A stretch of 64,000 nucleotides of DNA from Utricularia gibba (Eukaryota; Plantae; Magnoliophyta), in assembly GCA_002189035.1 (NCBI GenBank), contig NEEC01000015.1, positions 2,505,515 to 2,569,514 on the forward strand, written 5' to 3'. Below the pieces are notes generated by a model. It was not told where the DNA came from. It worked only from the letters and a program-made list of their open reading frames with translations, and searched no databases. The stretch's first letter is position 1; each line of letters begins with the position of its first letter. Below, piece after piece: positions 1 to 9,522 of the stretch. Made by a program: the position numbers and the translations under genes.

Positions 1-1173
1 AAATCGCAAACCAAGACGATTGATAGTGATGGGGATACTGTGGACCTCCGGACCCTTTTAATTACCTGTGCTCAAGCTGTTGCTGCAGATGACAGAAGAA
101 CTGCGTATGAACAATTAAAACAAATAGATCAACACTCATCACCGACTGGAGGTGTCTACCAGAGGTTGGCCCATGTATTTGCTAGTGGTCTTCGAGCACG
201 CTTAGGTGGCAATGGAAACCAACTCTGTGCATCTCTGACTCACCGGAAGATGACAGCTTTTGAAAAGTTAAAGGCGTATCAAGTTTTCCTCTGTGCTTGT
301 CCACTCAAGAAGTTGCCTATTTTATTTGCTAATAAGATGATTGGTTTAGCTGCTGGGGAAGCCCATACTCTCCACATCGTTGATTTTGGTATACTCTATG
401 GTTTCCAGTGGCCTATACTTATTCAGCACCTTTCAGAAAGACCTGGTGGCCCTCCCAAGTTGCGCATCACAGGAATAGACCTTCCCCAACCAGGCTTTAG
501 ACCTGCTGAGAGAATAGAGGAGACAGGACGACGCTTGGGTAAGTACTGTGAACGTTTTGGTGTCCCATTTGAGTACCAGGCTATTGCTACACAAAACTGG
601 GAGAACATTAAACTAGAAGACTTAAAGATCGTCAGGGATGAAGTTGTTGCTGTTAATTGCTTATTCCGGCTTGGCCTGCTCCTTGATGAGACCGTTGTTG
701 TTGATAGTCCAAGAGATAAGCTTCTGAAATTGATAAGGAAAATGAAGCCTGATATATACGTGAACGTGGTCACCAATGGGTCTTTCAGTGCACCATTTTT
801 CGTCACCCGTTTCAAGGAGGCTCTCTTCTACTACTCGGCACTATTTGACATGTTCGATGCCACCATACCCCGTGACAACACAGAGAGGATAGACTTAGAG
901 CAAGATTTCCTTGGGCGTGAGGTCATAAACGTAATTGCCTGCGAAGGTGCTGAAAGGACTGAAAGACCTGAGACCTACAAGCAGTGGCATGCCCGCCATG
1001 TCAGAGCTGGCTTCAAACCTTTCCCAATGAATGCAGCCATAATGAAGAAACTGAGGAATAAGAATGCAACTGCATATCATAAGGATTTTCTGTTTGATGA
1101 AGATGGAAACTGGATGTTGCAGGGATGGAAAGGCAGGATCATTTGTGCAACCTCTTGCTGGGTTCCTTCATAG
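1..1173 (+). CDS. GRAS transcription factor, LISCL/SCL14-like; C-terminal GRAS domain, 5' end runs off the window
   Basis: Frame open from base 1. LRTLLITCAQAVA, HIVDFGILYGFQWP (VHIID), LRITGID, NVIACEG/RPETYKQW and C-terminal SAW-type end (WKGRIICATSCW). Intronless. Confidence 0.95.
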   Translation, partial: KSQTKTIDSDGDTVDLRTLLITCAQAVAADDRRTAYEQLKQIDQHSSPTGGVYQRLAHVFASGLRARLGGNGNQLCASLTHRKMTAFEKLKAYQVFLCACPLKKLPILFANKMIGLAAGEAHTLHIVDFGILYGFQWPILIQHLSERPGGPPKLRITGIDLPQPGFRPAERIEETGRRLGKYCERFGVPFEYQAIATQNWENIKLEDLKIVRDEVVAVNCLFRLGLLLDETVVVDSPRDKLLKLIRKMKPDIYVNVVTNGSFSAPFFVTRFKEALFYYSALFDMFDATIPRDNTERIDLEQDFLGREVINVIACEGAERTERPETYKQWHARHVRAGFKPFPMNAAIMKKLRNKNATAYHKDFLFDEDGNWMLQGWKGRIICATSCWVPS

Positions 1174-1996
1174 CTCTCTTCCCAATATGACGCCTCCATT
1201 TCTTCAGTTGAACTGCGGGTGCATGCGCGTGTTTAACATCCATGTAATAAGACGTGGACGCGTCGCTCCGCAACCAGAGGTGGGGAAGGTAGGTTCTTCT
1301 TGATGTATGGTATGGAGTAGTTGGAGCAGTGCATTCTACGAATGCGCCTTGTGCTGTTTACACGTATATGTAGTGTTGCTGAGTGGTTGTAGTCTTCCCT
1401 CGGGGTAATATCGTCTTTTCCAGAAGTAACCACCCATCCGTTGTCCATAGCTGAAGTTCAGATCCTGATACCTAAAACCAGGGGCCGTTGGGTGGCCACG
1501 TGTTAAACGAGGACTCTACCCACGTGGACCCAGTCAGCCATTCATCGCCTTCCACGCCTTCGTTTTCTCAACTAGGTTTGTTAAGTGATTGAAATCAGTT
1601 AGTCGGTTTTCGACAATCGGTTTTAGGATTTAAAAATTAATTTTCTTAAAATAAAAAAATTAAAAAGATTAATAAGATTTTCAAGAATTTTAATACTAAA
1701 GTAATTAAATGCTTTCATATATTCGTCTAAAATCTTTGGTCTCTATACGTTTATTAATATAAATACATAAAATATTCATGTTTAAATGTAATTAATATTA
1801 TGTTACTAATGTTTAATATTAATATTTTTAATATTACTTATTATAATTTTTTTCAAAATAGATAATTTATTTTGATAATCATTGTTTAAGTAGTCAAAAT
1901 CGGATTCGATCCATGAATACCGGATTTAAACAGAACCGACTTTATTATACTGGCGATAAGAACTGGGTGACTAATGAAGTCCTTTTGGATAACTTC

Positions 1997-2164
1997 ATGT
2001 GCTCCCGCCCAGGTACGGCCGACGAAGAGGAGTGCTCCACTCCAAAGTGCGGCGATGTCCGGAGGAATCCACCGAAGAGCGGCTACTTCCAGCCGCCGGA
2101 TTTAGAGCTTCTTTTCACGTTACGCCCACCCAGGTCTGAGTGCGTGGATCCCATTAGTGGTTGA
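1997..2164 (+). CDS. SIAMESE-RELATED (SMR4/5-type) CDK-inhibitor-like small protein, apparently lacking the central CPPxPxK motif
   Basis: ATG 1997 gives MCSRPGTADEEECSTPKCGDVRRNPPKSGYFQPPDLELLF. ECxTP and PPKxGYFQPPDL are SMR hallmarks (recalled). Confidence 0.75.
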   Translation: MCSRPGTADEEECSTPKCGDVRRNPPKSGYFQPPDLELLFTLRPPRSECVDPISG

Positions 2165-2334
2165 ATATTTTTCTTCTCGTTGATTGATCTCATTCCGGCG
2201 ATGAATGAGATGGATGACCGCGTAGCGTGTCTGTGATGCAAGCATTTTGACAAACACTTGCCGTGCACAGGCAGCAATGATGGAATGATCATAGACAACA
2301 AGCGTACAGAACAAATCCTAGGTTTACATCGGTG

Positions 2335-3369
2335 TCAATAGTCCCATATCATGACAATGGCGATGAGTGCAACGCCGAGCAGCACAGCCAGAAATTTGAA
2401 GAAGGGAGTGTCCAACCGGGACTCGTTCTGTGGTTTAAACCCTTTGGCGATCAAATGGTTTACGGCTACGTAGATGAATATTCCGCAGGCGAGACCCATG
2501 GTGATGGCGTATGTCCAATCCGCGGTTGCACCTTGGCTCGTAGCATCCAGGGCGATGCCGATCGCCACCCCCACCGGACTCGAGATGGCAAAGGCGAACG
2601 AGTAGGCCGCCGTCGTTAGGAGTGGCCTCGTTGGAAGCATCTTTAACAGAGCGATTCCCATGGCGATTGCTGCGAACACTTTGTGGAGACAGATGACCCA
2701 TAGCCCCTTCCACGCATCTGCTTCCGAGGCTGAAATGCACAGATTTCAATCAAGGATGATGGCAGCAGTACTCCTACAAGCTCTAGCTAGAAGACTTACA
2801 CGAAACTCCGACTGCAATGCCTTCGAAGACAGAGTGGAAACACAAGGCGAGTATCAAAAGAATGGTGTCGCCAAAGGAAGTAGTCTTGAGGAACATGGCA
2901 TGCTTAGCATCCTCATCTTCATCCCCATTCACACCCTGCTCCTGCACTCTCCGTTCCCTCCCTTCTGCTTTGCTGGTAACGTGTGAGACCACCACATCGC
3001 TGAACATGGTCATCATGTACCCTGCCGCAGCCAGCATGAAGGAAAAAGGATAGCCGTTGGTAGTAAGATCAGCAAACGTTGAAGTGGAATCACTCAAGAA
3101 ATGGATCAGCGCCGTCGCGAGGAAGATCCCGGCGGCGAATTGAGTACCAGTAGAAGAAAAGTCTCGTTCCATCGGAAGAAATAAGGGGAAACACCACTAA
3201 CGAATGTGGCGATGAAAAAGATAATCAAGCAGTACACCTTGACCAGGATCAATCCCCGGGAGCGCAAATTCACGGTGCTGTCGCCGCCTCCGTCGTCGCC
3301 GGAGATGAACAAACATTGGGCGATTAATGCCAAGAGAATGATGAAGAAAGTTGAGTCCCGTGAAGCCAT
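2335..3369 (-). CDS. ZIP2: ZIP2-like zinc/metal transporter; 2 exons, intron 2730-2799; apparent 1-bp deletion near 3147
   Basis: [67 protein letters not shown]-terminal VMIWD. 70-nt GT-AG intron. Confidence 0.93.
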
Positions 3370-3407
3370 TCGTGGTGAAACACCGGTGGTGATAGCCGAA
3401 TATAATC

Positions 3408-3510
3408 GTACAAAGCGTTGATAGTTCAATGGGCATTGCAGTACAGATTTGAACGTGGGGTATTTGTACTGCACATGAACCCCGTCTGCAGTTGACTTTG
3501 TACTGCACAT
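3408..3510. promoter_or_regulatory. Cluster of four GTAC (copper-response/SPL7-type) cores just upstream of the ZIP2-like ATG
   Basis: GTAC at 3408, 3441, 3466 and 3500. Exact 14-bp direct repeat TTTGTACTGCACAT at 3463-3476 and 3497-3510. Confidence 0.55.
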
Positions 3511-3749
3511 CCAATTATAAATCCTGGAATGGATATTTATGCCTGCCGTAAAGCGCGTCATCTTCTAAATTCGAAATAATATGAATTATTTTATTGTAAA
3601 TCGCGATCTGATAAAAATATCTGTCGTCATCTTCATCCAGATTTATCTGATTTTTTTTTTTGGAAAAAAGGGTAATCCAAAGCTGCCTGGAAAAACCTAC
3701 CGTGGAATCCTTTTTTTTTTTTTTTTTTTGAACATGTGAAGCATTCCTG

Positions 3750-5696
3750 ATGTCCCAAGCTCCTATCTCTTATCGTCTTCCATTTCCCGTATCCCGAAGG
3801 GTCTCCGTCGCTTGCTTGCCTTCTCCTCAGGCTGCCATACTTCCTGAATCCAACTCTGCTACCAGCAAAATCTCGTTAATTCAGTCACTCTGCAAAAAGG
3901 GCCAACTAAAACAAGCTTTACAGTTGTTATCTCAGGAGGAAAACCCAGCCCAGCATTCTTATGAGCTTCTCGTACAGTCTTGTTTAGAGAACAGCTCTCT
4001 CTCCGACGCGGTTTTGGTTCACGAGACCATTATCGATAATGGGTTTCACCAAGATCCTTTCTTGGCGACCAAGCTTATTGACATGTACGCACAACTTGAT
4101 GCTTTGGATTATGCACGCAAGGTGTTCGGCGAAATTAGGCGGAGAACGATATACGTGTGGAATGCCATTTTTCGCGCTTTATGTTTAGGGGGTCATGGTG
4201 AAGAGGCTCTTAATTTGTACAGGAGAATGAACGCGACCGGGATGCCTGCTGATAGCTTTACCTATACGTATGCTCTTAAAGCTTGCGTTGTTCCGGAATT
4301 CAACCGTTGTTTACTACAGCAAGGAAGAGAAGTTCATGCGAGTGTTCTGAGGCATGGACATGAAAGTGATGTTCATGTAATGACTACTTTGGTGAATATG
4401 TATGCGAACTACGGGTGTGTAGAGGATGCAAGTTTCGTGTTCTCTTCGATGCAGCAGAAAAATATCGTTTCTTGGAGTGCTATGATTGCATGCTTTGCCA
4501 AAAACGGCAGACCCCGTGAAGCATTGGAGCTTTTCTGGGACATGGTTCTTGAAAATGATAATATGTTGCCCAATTCGGTTACCATGGTGACTGTTCTCCA
4601 GGCATGTGCCGCACTATCTGCCTTGGAGCAGGGGAAGTTGATTCATTGCTACATACTTAGAAGAGGTCTCCATTTAAGTTTGCCTGTTATGAGTTCCCTT
4701 GTGACATTCTATGCAAGGTGTGGAGAACTTGAAACGAGCAAAAGAATTTTCGATCGTATAGACAACAAGGATGTGGTTTCTTGGAATTCCATGATTTCAG
4801 GTTACGGGATGAATGGCTTGGGATCAGAAGCCGTTCTCCTCTTCGAAGAGATGTTACAGCAGGGTGTCTCCCCAAGTCCAGTATCATTTATCAGTGTTTT
4901 AGGGGCTTGTAGCCATTCAGGACTTGTTGATAAAGGGAAAATGATATTTGATTCAATGGTGAAGGTACACGGAATCATCCCCACAGAAGAGCATTATGCC
5001 TGTCTCGTCGATCTTTTAGGCAGAGCTAACCGTTTGGATGAGGCAGCAAGAGTAATAGAAGAGATGGATGCTGAGCCCGGAGCTAAAGTCTGGGGATCAC
5101 TTCTTGGTTCCTGCAGAATTCACAACAATGTAGAACTAGCTGAGATGGCAAGTGAAAGGCTTTTCGAACTGGAGCCCGAAAATGCAGGTAACTACGTGCT
5201 TCTAGCTGACATATACTCTGAGGCAGAACAGTGGGATGATGTCAAAAGAATAAAGAAGCTTTTGGAATCAAGGGCCTTAAAGAAAGTATCCGGTTGTAGC
5301 TGGATAGAAGTGAAAAGGAAAGTTTACTCCCTCAGGTCTGTGGATGAGCTAAATCCACAAATCGAGCAAATCCATGCTTTGCTTGTGAACTTATCAAGGG
5401 AGATGATGGAGAAAGGGTATGTCCCTGAGACTAAAGCCGTTCTTTATGATCTTGACACCATGGAGAAACAGAGGATCCTTCTGGGCCACAGTGAGAAGTT
5501 AGCAGTTGCATTTGGGTTGATAAACTGCAGTAAAGGGGAGACCATAAGGATTACAAAGAATCTGAGGCTATGTGAAGACTGCCATTCTTTTACCAAGTTC
5601 ATTTCCAAGTTTGCTGATAGAGAAATCTTTGTCCGGGATATCAACCGCCATCATCGTTTCAAAGATGGGGAGTGCTCCTGCATGGATTACTGGTAG
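3750..5696 (+). CDS. CRR2: PLS-class PPR protein with E/DYW domain, CRR2-like (chlororespiratory reduction 2)
   Basis: Intronless 648 aa. LIQSLCKKGQLKQAL..., DPFLATKLIDMY, RRTIYVWNAIFRAL match recalled CRR2. HSEKLA...CEDCH...DYW intact. Confidence 0.88.
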   Translation: MSQAPISYRLPFPVSRRVSVACLPSPQAAILPESNSATSKISLIQSLCKKGQLKQALQLLSQEENPAQHSYELLVQSCLENSSLSDAVLVHETIIDNGFHQDPFLATKLIDMYAQLDALDYARKVFGEIRRRTIYVWNAIFRALCLGGHGEEALNLYRRMNATGMPADSFTYTYALKACVVPEFNRCLLQQGREVHASVLRHGHESDVHVMTTLVNMYANYGCVEDASFVFSSMQQKNIVSWSAMIACFAKNGRPREALELFWDMVLENDNMLPNSVTMVTVLQACAALSALEQGKLIHCYILRRGLHLSLPVMSSLVTFYARCGELETSKRIFDRIDNKDVVSWNSMISGYGMNGLGSEAVLLFEEMLQQGVSPSPVSFISVLGACSHSGLVDKGKMIFDSMVKVHGIIPTEEHYACLVDLLGRANRLDEAARVIEEMDAEPGAKVWGSLLGSCRIHNNVELAEMASERLFELEPENAGNYVLLADIYSEAEQWDDVKRIKKLLESRALKKVSGCSWIEVKRKVYSLRSVDELNPQIEQIHALLVNLSREMMEKGYVPETKAVLYDLDTMEKQRILLGHSEKLAVAFGLINCSKGETIRITKNLRLCEDCHSFTKFISKFADREIFVRDINRHHRFKDGECSCMDYW

Positions 5697-6117
5697 CAAG
5701 AATCAACATTCAGATAGATGACATGAATGGAGTTTTTTTTTTTACATATCAGATAGCAGGAATGAAAATCAAATGAGCTTTTTTTGAGATTATGATCTGG
5801 GCTTCCAGTTTTTGGGCTATTGTGTGGCCCAATTAAAGAGGCCCAGACACAAGGGTTATATAAGGGCTTTTCGGACCGTCTGATTTTTCCACGTGGAGTG
5901 AGAGGAAGGGAAACGGATGCAAACCTATTTATATACCACTCTTTAATAATCCTTTTCCGTTCCGCTTCATTTCTCTCGTCTCTACGCCGCTGGGTATTTC
6001 TCGCTCTGCCAAACCTTGTTATTCTCCGGGAATTCGTGTTGATCAACGCGCCATCAGTTTGAGAGTATTGAATTCATCTGTTTTGGTTTTTATAATACTC
6101 TTTGGAGACTTTCAAGG

Positions 6118-9100
6118 ATGGCGAGTTCTGCCACGAGCAACGTTTATGTCCATGTTATCGAAGACGTTATCAACAAGGTTCGCGAGGAGTTTATCAGCAA
6201 TGGCGGGCCGGGAGAGGAAGTTTTGAATGAGCTCCAAATGGTAATGGGCTTTTTATTCTTATTTGTTGATTGGGTGAGTTTGCTGTTCCCCTTAGGGTTC
6301 TGGGGAATTTGAATTCCAAGTCCGCTTGGTGGGTTTTTTTGCGGTATTTCTTGATTCTAATAATGGCCTATTCGAAGTCGTGAGTATCGATTTCGATTGT
6401 AGTTGGAGTTGTGGCGATGATGATGTTTTATTTTGAACGTACATTCACAGTTATGGGAAGCCAAAATGATGCAAGCTGGTGCAATCTTGGGTCCCATTGA
6501 TCGCTCTGCAGCGCAACAACGGCCAGCAGCAGGTGCCCCGTTTACTCCCAATCCAGTGCATGATCTTAACGTTCCCTATGAAGGCTCAGAGGAGTATGAA
6601 ACGCCCACAGCTGATATGCTGTTCCCCCCGGTTAGAATATCGCATTCTGTATACTCAATGTTATGTCCTCGAACTGAAAATTTTTTTTCTCTTCGTTATA
6701 TTCTTAATCCATGGCCAGACTCCACTACAAACACCGATGCAGACACCGCTTCCGGGAAGTGGACAAACTCCACTCCCTGGAATGGTTCAGACACCTCTTC
6801 CTGGAAGCGAGAGTAGCTCCTTGTACAATATTCCTACTGGCAGCACCCCCATTACCCCTGGTGAGTATTTGTCGACCAATGAAAACGGTGGCACTCCTGA
6901 TGTACGAGCTGGCCCTGGTAGACCTAGTCCACAGATGGTATCTCCAACTATTATCTTTCTTTTGTTCTCTATAATTTTATGCTTATATCCATGACACCAA
7001 CAATGTAATTTCGTGTATTGTTTTCTTCATACAGTACATTCCAGTTTTTCTTTTGGATTGATATTTAAAATACTTCCTGCAGCAGCCACCTTCATCTTGG
7101 ATTACTCAAAGGCCTCCTTTAGATGTGAATGTGGGTAAGTCTGATGACGCATAGTGGTATGGAATATGCAACTTTGGAGAACAAAAAAAAAAAAAAATGA
7201 AAGATAGGATTCAGAGATGATAACTAGTAGAATGCAACTTGGTAGTGCCTGTTTTCTTGTTCTAAAATGCCTTCCATTTCCAGCCTATGTGGAAGGTCGG
7301 GAAGAGAGTGAGCGAGGAGCCCTCAGCGGTCAGCCCACAACTCAGGTGACTGAGGAGGGTTCCATTTCTGAGGTGTCTATGTGCATTCTCACCTAAAAAA
7401 ACGTTTTAGATGCAAGTTTGTTTGATTTCTAAGATTCAGCAACGATTTAATTGATTTCTTGTATGTCAACTGATTGATTGAGGAATGTGATTAGAGCCTA
7501 ATTAAGAACTTGCGGTGGTTTCCATTTGATTGTGTTCCATACGTAATGCATTTGAGCTGGAGTGTTAACAATATCATTTTATATCAGGATTTCTTCATGA
7601 ACTCTGGGAAACGGAAAAGGGAGGAGCTACCTCCTAATTACCGTGCTGGTGGGTACATCCCACAGCAGGATGGAGCGGGAGATTTCTTGCCAGATAAGGT
7701 GAACGAATCTTTTTTGAGTTGTACATTGCATCACTGATCAATCACTGAATAATATGGAGTATATTTTCTAGTCATTTGCTACATCTTTGAGAAGCATCTC
7801 AGTTTTGTCACACATTAGAACTTAAATAATCCAAAAGAATATACACGCGCTCATAATCAGTTTTTATTGACAAGATGCCCCTGATGTGTTCACACATTCT
7901 GAATTGCTTGTTGCTGACTGTCCACAGAGTTGCTTGTCTAAGTGAAACCATAGGGCATCCTCGAAACTTCCTTTTAGACCACTCTCATTTACATTACGAT
8001 ATGTTGACAGCGTTCTAAATGATTGTTAAACATTTCTTGTGCTCCGCTCAGATTGTCCAAAGACATTCACAAGTATCCGCTCTTGGGAAATCTTCCGGGC
8101 TACCTCAGTTGGATGGCCCATTACCTGACCCATATGATGATGTTCTCTCTACACCAAGTGTAAGTTACTTTTCACAATCATGCCCCTGTTTCTTACTCGT
8201 GGTGATATAGGGTCCAAACAGTGTACATCATGGTTTATTCTGAAGCTATATCTGAAGCAAACCATGTAGATTATGTTCTATATATGAAGAAGTGAATCTT
8301 GTTAAGGGAACTGAGTAAATATGCTTGACTGGCTTACGGTTCATTTTATTGCCAGTGTTAAGGGCCTCAGTATGTGCTTGGTTATCTTACCTTTATTTTT
8401 CCAAATGTCTCATAGGTTCTGGAATATATTTCCAATAGTTGTTTGAACTATCTGTCGGGTTTCATGTTTGAACCTCTTATTCTGACTACTATCTCTCCTG
8501 CTTCCTTTCTTTTTTCAAACCATTTGCCTTTAATAAATTTCTTTGTACTCCCGCGACAATGGCCTGGTGGTCTTTCAGATCTACAATTATCAAGGAGGTG
8601 TCAATGAAGACTACAACATAGTAAACACACCTGCCCCAAATGGTAACATAAAGCATCTAATTGTACCAAAAGTCTACGTCCCAGTATTTAAATAACTTGA
8701 CCTTTCTAGAGATGCATGCAGTGGCAACTCCTGCTCCTGTTCCAAATGATGCTGGTGATGAGGACGACGATGATGAACCATTGAATGAAGCTGATGATGA
8801 TGATGAAGATTTGGATAGCGTAAACCAAGGGGAGGATCTGAATATCACTCATTTGGTTCTAGCTCAGTTTGACAAGGTATCTGGATGAATGTCTACTCAT
8901 TATCTGTCTATGGAGCCACGCTATTGCATTATTGTGTGTCAATTCAGGTCACAAGAACAAAGAGCAGGTGGAAATGCACCTTGAAGGACGGCATCATGCA
9001 CATAAACAACAAGGACATTTTGTTCAACAAGGTACCTTCTGTCCAAGGGAGAAGTTCCTCGTTTCTTTGCCTAAGGACACAACAGCTGAAATTTTGTCTT

Positions 9101-9137
9101 TTCCCTTTTCCAGGCGACCGGAGAGTTCGACTTCTGA
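6118..9137 (+). CDS. TFIIA-L: Transcription initiation factor IIA large (alpha/beta) subunit, multi-exon
   Basis: MASSATSNVYVHVIEDVINKVREEF, LWEAKMMQAG, acidic linker, HLVLAQFDKVTRTKSRWKCTLKDGIMHINNKDILFNK, last exon ATGEFDF* (TGA 9135-9137). Confidence 0.95.
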
Positions 9138-9522
9138 TCTTGTTGGCTGAAGGGTGAATGTGCAGCAGCGAGCATCGAACGAAATCTGAAACGTTTTTGT
9201 GATATTTTGCATTCCTTGGCGAAGGCTTGTAGTATGTGTATGAAAACACTGCATTGCTATCTCGTATACGCTTCCTGACGTAATAGACAGATGAAGGAAA
9301 CACTGCTCTTTGGTTTGCAACGTTGATGCCTTGATGACGTAATCATCGGTTTAGCGGCCTTATTGGGCTTGATGAGATGTATCCAGGCCCGGATTAGTTT
9401 CAAGGGCCCAAACTGATGTCTGGTAAAGTGTGCACTGAGGGGGTCATCCTGATAAACCCTTTGGTCGTTCTTCAACCTTAAGCTTTTGTAGTCTTCTTCC
9501 TCTTCGTTGTCGCCGGATCTCA

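Noticed and set aside
1233-1448. Minus-strand ORF MDNGWVVTSGKDD... after the GRAS stop
   Set aside because: No recognisable motif in any frame. It overlaps the GRAS 3' UTR region.
1600-1945. AT-rich block flanked by TCGGTTTT and AAAATCGG/AACCGA motifs, possible MITE
   Set aside because: No clean terminal inverted repeats or TSD could be established.
3710-3730. Poly-T tract before CRR2 as a retrocopy poly(A) tail
   Set aside because: No associated TSD or processed gene. It is an ordinary 5' UTR/promoter homopolymer.
5687-6062. Short ORFs between CRR2 and TFIIA, and the many antisense ORFs over real genes (e.g. 423-815, 33083-33499, 34537-34965, 55360-55962)
   Set aside because: These are shadow frames of coding sequence or promoter DNA with no independent motifs.
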